From contig JBAWYZ010000001.1 of NCBI GenBank assembly GCA_037143255.1, positions 1 to 40,522 on the forward strand: a stretch of 40,522 bases of DNA, in the 5' to 3' direction. Position numbers and translations under genes: made by a program. A model generated the notes under the pieces. That model had not been told where the DNA came from and did no database searches. It saw only the letters and a list, made by a program, of their open reading frames with translations. Positions 36,812 through 40,522 of the stretch are shown in pieces. How positions within the stretch are numbered: position 1 is the first letter of the stretch; every line of letters begins with the position of its first letter. The DNA comes from Leptolinea sp. Its GTDB lineage: Bacteria; Chloroflexota; Anaerolineae; Anaerolineales; Anaerolineaceae.

Positions 36812-37762
36812 TCAGGCTTCCACGCTGCCATCAAGTGTTGGATGGGCAGGTTCATCCTGGGTTAATTGCATAAAGATTTCTTCAAGGCTCAGGTTGGTTG
36901 ATTGCATTTGGAGCAAATCAAACCCATTATTGATAATCTGCCTGGCAATTTCTGGTCGGATGTCTTGCCCAGGTGACATGGATATTTCAGCTTCAGATTC
37001 ATTCAATGCAGCGACGCTCAATATGCCAGGCAGCGGAGAAAGAAGGGGGAGTAGATCTGTCACTTCACCGCGGATTTTGACAGAAACTCGTTCTGCACCA
37101 GTAAGCCTTGATTGCAGTCCAGATGGTGTGTCTTCTGCAACAATTTGCCCTTTATTAATGATGATGACCCGGTTACAAACCTGCTGAACTTCCGTCAAAA
37201 TATGGGTCGAGAGCATTACGGTATGTTCTTTCCCGATTTCGCGGATTAGGTGACGAACTTCAATAACCTGGGCGGGATCGAGGCCAATTGTGGGTTCATC
37301 TAAAATGAGCACTTCAGGCCGGTGAAGGATGGCCTGAGCCAGACCCAGACGTTGGCGCATTCCTTTTGAAAGGTTACCGACATAACCGCCAGCCCGATCA
37401 TCCAGGTGAACTTTTTCAAGAACTTCATCCACCCGGTCTTCCAAATCTGGTATCCGATGGAATTCGCCCATATAAGTGAGATAGTCCATGACCGTCATAT
37501 CGTTATATAACGGAACTGTTTCAGGCATATAGCCAACCAATTTGCGGACTTCCAGCGAATTCTCAACTACATCGAAACCGCCAATCTCAACTGTTCCACT
37601 GGTCGGCGGCATATAACCTGTTAAAATGCGCATGGTAGTCGTTTTACCGGCGCCATTGGGTCCCAGAAAACCGAGAATTTCCCCTTTTTTTGCACTAAAC
37701 GTGATTTCTTTTACTACCCGGCGCAAGCCGTAGTCTTTGCATAGATGTTCGACGCGTATCAT
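36812..37762 (-). CDS. GldA-like ABC ATP-binding protein
   Basis: GPNGAGKTT, LSKGMRQR, ILDEPTIGLDP, STH. GAGGAG RBS before the ATG at 37762. Confidence 0.93.
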   Translation of the reverse strand: MIRVEHLCKDYGLRRVVKEITFSAKKGEILGFLGPNGAGKTTTMRILTGYMPPTSGTVEIGGFDVVENSLEVRKLVGYMPETVPLYNDMTVMDYLTYMGEFHRIPDLEDRVDEVLEKVHLDDRAGGYVGNLSKGMRQRLGLAQAILHRPEVLILDEPTIGLDPAQVIEVRHLIREIGKEHTVMLSTHILTEVQQVCNRVIIINKGQIVAEDTPSGLQSRLTGAERVSVKIRGEVTDLLPLLSPLPGILSVAALNESEAEISMSPGQDIRPEIARQIINNGFDLLQMQSTNLSLEEIFMQLTQDEPAHPTLDGSVEA

Positions 37763-37885
37763 ACTTAACTCCTCAGAGCTTACCTTACAAACACGACAGC
37801 CAAAACGGCTGCCGGTTGAATTGGAATCCATTTTATGTGAGATAAACAACAGTCAGTGAAAAGTAATTCACTTAGACCGCATTAG

Positions 37886-37915
37886 TTTATACAATATTTG
37901 ACCATGGAAAGTCAA
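37886..37915 (-). promoter_or_regulatory. Candidate sigma70 promoter for the ABC operon
   Basis: TTGACT, 18 nt, TATAAA; overlaps the palindrome TTGAC-N8-GTCAA (37898-37915). Confidence 0.4.
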
Positions 37916-37960
37916 TCGGTTTAAAAATCTCTAATCAAATCCTAATCTTGACGATTTTGT

Positions 37961-37990
37961 TTGACGGATTTGGATTGGGTAGAGTAAAAT
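37961..37990 (+). promoter_or_regulatory. Candidate sigma70 promoter for hppA
   Basis: TTGACG, 18 nt, TAAAAT. Confidence 0.5.
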
Positions 37991-38076
37991 AAAACTCTGC
38001 GCGAATTTGGCTTAATCAGGGGAAGGTTAACTTTCTTTGCGTGAAATCAACTTAATAAAATATGTTGGAGGAATTA

Positions 38077-40380
38077 ATGAATATCTTTGATGTAGCTCGA
38101 CATGGCCTTAATGGCTTCGAGGTGATTGCTGTTTGGAGCGTCATGGCAGTCGCGTTTATCAGCCTGGCGTATGCCTGGATTCTGCGTGGTATCGTCTTGA
38201 AAAAAGACAAAGGCACGAAAGCTATGCAGGAAGTATGGGATGCGATCCGGGTTGGCGCTGAAAGTTATTTAAGCAGCCAATTGAAGACGATCCTGCCTGC
38301 CATTGCTTTATTGACAGTGGCGCTATTCCTTAGTGTTTTTGTTGTTGAACCCAGTCGGGAAGCAGTCAAAGAATTTGGCGCCGACGCCGCCAAGAGCTGG
38401 GTTGCGTTTGGGCGCACGATTGCATTCATTATGGGCGCTTCCTTCTCCCTAATGGTCGGTCAATTGGGTATGCGCATGGCTATTCAGGCCAATGTTCGCG
38501 CCGCCTCCGCTGCCCGCCGTGGCTTTAATGAAGCCCTTTCGATCGCTTATTATGCGGGGACTGTCACCGGTATGTTGACTGATGGCCTTGGCTTAATGGG
38601 TGGCACTCTGATTTTCATTGTTTTCGGTACGGCCGCTCCGGATGCCCTGCTCGGATTCGGATTTGGCGGAACGCTGCTTGCTCTCTTCATGCGGGTTGGT
38701 GGCGGTATCTTCACCAAGGCTGCTGATGTTGGCGCTGATCTGGTAGGAAAAGTCGAAAAAGATATTCCTGAAGACGATCCGCGCAATGCTGCGGTTATTG
38801 CTGACCTGGTTGGTGATAATGTCGGCGATTGTGCAGGTATGGCCGCTGATATTTTTGAGTCATACGAAGTGACTATTGTTTCCGCTTTGATTCTTGGTTT
38901 ATCACTGGTTTCCATTGACCCAACTCACAGCCTGAAGTGGATTGTCTACCCATTAATCATTCGCGGTATCGGTGTAATTTCCTCTATGATTGGAACATTT
39001 ACTGTTCCGATCTGGGAAAAATTCCCAATCAAATTCTTGCGAGCACATGATGCTGAAGAATCCATGTTCCGTTCCTATGAAGTTTCATCCGTCATCACGG
39101 TTGGCGTTTCCTTCATTGTAGCAACTCAGTACGCCAACGATTGGCGTCTGGCAATGCTCACTGGGATAGGTGTTGCATTAGCGGTTGCGTTCAATCCGTT
39201 GACCTCTTACTTCACTTCTACCAAAAAAGCGCCTGTAAAGGAAATTGTTAAATCAACCAGAACCGGCCCTGCAACTACCATTCTTTCCGGTCTTTCTGTC
39301 GGTATGGAATCCAGTGTTTACGCTTTGTTGATGATCGCTGTTTCTTTTGTGAGCGCTCTCTGGTTGTATTCAGGCGAAAGCAGTCCAACCTACATTTTGT
39401 ATGGCATTGCCATGATTGGTATTGGAATGCTTTCCCATACCGGTAACAACGTGGCCATGGATTCTTACGGTCCAATTACCGACAATGCCAACGGAATTGG
39501 CGAGATGGCCTGGCATGGTATGGAGGATGAAGAAACTCTAAAAGCACGCCAAATTATGGCTGACCTGGATGCTGTCGGTAACACTACCAAAGCCATCACC
39601 AAGGGTGTAGCGATTGCATCTGCTGTTATTGCAGCGGTTTCATTATTCGCCTCCTTCATTACAGATGTCGGACGGGTACAGGAGCAATTGGGTTTACCTA
39701 TTTTGAATGCCATTCGTGTTTCTGACACCAAGGTATTCATCGGCTTGCTATTGGGCGGCGCATTACCATGGTTATTCGGGTCACTGTCCATCCGGGCTGT
39801 ATCTCGCGCGGCTGGTGAAATTGTAGAAGAAGTTCGCAAGCAGTTCCGCATTCCTGGCATCATGGAAGGCACTGTAAAACCAGATTATGCTCGTGTGGTA
39901 GGTATTTCCACCCGGTCTTCCCAGAAGGAATTGATTCCGTTGGCGACGATCTCCGTTGCCATGCCTTTACTGGTTGGTTTGGTGTTGCAGGTAGAGGCTT
40001 TGGGCGGTTTCCTGGTAGGAGTAATTCTCTCCGGTCAATTGCTGGCGGTGTTTATGTCAAATGCTGGCGGGGCCTGGGATAATGCCAAGAAATCCATCGA
40101 AGATGAACCGCGCGATTTGACTGCCAATACCGGCAAGGGTTCAGAACGGCACAAAGCCGGTGTTGTCGGCGATACAGTTGGTGATCCTTTGAAAGACACA
40201 GCTGGTCCGGCGTTGAATCCGATGATTAAAGTCGTCAATCTGGTCAGCTTGATAGCTGCGCCGATCATTGTGAAATATGAAAATCTCGGTGTAATTGGCT
40301 GGATTGTGGTTCTTATACTTGCAGCAGCGGTTGTCTGGGGCATTTCCCAGAGCAAGAAACCTGCTGCTGAAGTTGCTTAG
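38077..40380 (+). CDS. hppA: Membrane-integral pyrophosphatase, K+-independent H+-translocating type
   Basis: GGGIFTKAADVGADLVGKVE, DLVGDNVGD, GNTTKAITKG (Lys at the K+-dependence site), GDTVGDPLKDTAGP. GGAGG before the ATG at 38077. Confidence 0.95.
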   Translation: MNIFDVARHGLNGFEVIAVWSVMAVAFISLAYAWILRGIVLKKDKGTKAMQEVWDAIRVGAESYLSSQLKTILPAIALLTVALFLSVFVVEPSREAVKEFGADAAKSWVAFGRTIAFIMGASFSLMVGQLGMRMAIQANVRAASAARRGFNEALSIAYYAGTVTGMLTDGLGLMGGTLIFIVFGTAAPDALLGFGFGGTLLALFMRVGGGIFTKAADVGADLVGKVEKDIPEDDPRNAAVIADLVGDNVGDCAGMAADIFESYEVTIVSALILGLSLVSIDPTHSLKWIVYPLIIRGIGVISSMIGTFTVPIWEKFPIKFLRAHDAEESMFRSYEVSSVITVGVSFIVATQYANDWRLAMLTGIGVALAVAFNPLTSYFTSTKKAPVKEIVKSTRTGPATTILSGLSVGMESSVYALLMIAVSFVSALWLYSGESSPTYILYGIAMIGIGMLSHTGNNVAMDSYGPITDNANGIGEMAWHGMEDEETLKARQIMADLDAVGNTTKAITKGVAIASAVIAAVSLFASFITDVGRVQEQLGLPILNAIRVSDTKVFIGLLLGGALPWLFGSLSIRAVSRAAGEIVEEVRKQFRIPGIMEGTVKPDYARVVGISTRSSQKELIPLATISVAMPLLVGLVLQVEALGGFLVGVILSGQLLAVFMSNAGGAWDNAKKSIEDEPRDLTANTGKGSERHKAGVVGDTVGDPLKDTAGPALNPMIKVVNLVSLIAAPIIVKYENLGVIGWIVVLILAAAVVWGISQSKKPAAEVA

Positions 40381-40391
40381 TTTTTAAGTCG

Positions 40392-40424
40392 AAAGCGGGA
40401 CTGGTTGGCCAGTCCCGCTTTTTT
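40392..40424 (+). terminator. Intrinsic terminator after hppA
   Basis: AAAGCGGGACTGG-TTGG-CCAGTCCCGCTTTTTT. Confidence 0.9.
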
Positions 40425-40477
40425 ATTTAACTTTCCAGTTTTGATAGAATACTACTATCTGAATGAAGGAGGTTGAT

Positions 40478-40522
40478 ATGCATATTGCTCACGTTTATGT
40501 TCATGTAAAAGAAGAATGTATT
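40478..40522 (+). CDS. 5' fragment of a probable ABM/LsrG-family protein (truncated by window end)
   Basis: AAGGAGG RBS, TGaTAGAAT extended -10 at 40442-40450, and MHIAHVYVHVKEECI resembling the first beta-strand of LsrG/ABM proteins. Only 15 codons are visible. Confidence 0.5.
   Translation, partial: MHIAHVYVHVKEECI

Noticed and set aside
38077-40380. Na+-translocating, K+-dependent pyrophosphatase
   Set aside because: GNTTKA has Lys at the determinant position, which indicates the K+-independent H+-pumping class.

Overview
A mostly core, chromosomal bacterial window. Gene content and style suggest Chloroflexota (Anaerolineae-like); this is an inference, not a search result. Left to right: an unexplained GC-rich, highly self-complementary ~240-nt element at the left edge; a tightly coupled minus-strand DNA-processing operon (degenerate UvrD-like helicase, intact UvrD-like helicase, stand-alone RecB/Cas4-type Fe-S nuclease, RecJ) preceded by a lipoprotein; a membrane-anchored baseplate-J-like gene coupled to ruvX/yqgF, mltG and ppgK; aspA, ferredoxin and SOD; an EamA transporter; a ~1-kb islet with a DUF4258/YgiT-zinc-finger toxin-antitoxin pair between ~150-bp direct repeats that duplicate the EamA/malQ junction; cinA-like, mtaD::CYTH fusion, glgA, glgC, malQ; yraN-miaA; ftsH; ndk; a large TPR protein with an acidic tract of P-[DES]-W-[LM] motifs; rpoD; a GldA/F/G + DUF4340 ABC system; a K+-independent membrane H+-pyrophosphatase; and the start of an LsrG/ABM-like gene. 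The best candidates for undescribed biology are the split AddAB/AdnAB-like resection operon with RecJ, the TA islet with its chimeric repeat, the apparently domesticated baseplate-J protein, the structured element at 1-240, the deaminase-CYTH fusion and the Trp-motif TPR scaffold. No CRISPR array, tRNA, rRNA, integrase or transposase was seen. All calls come from reading motifs by eye; no database searches were run.
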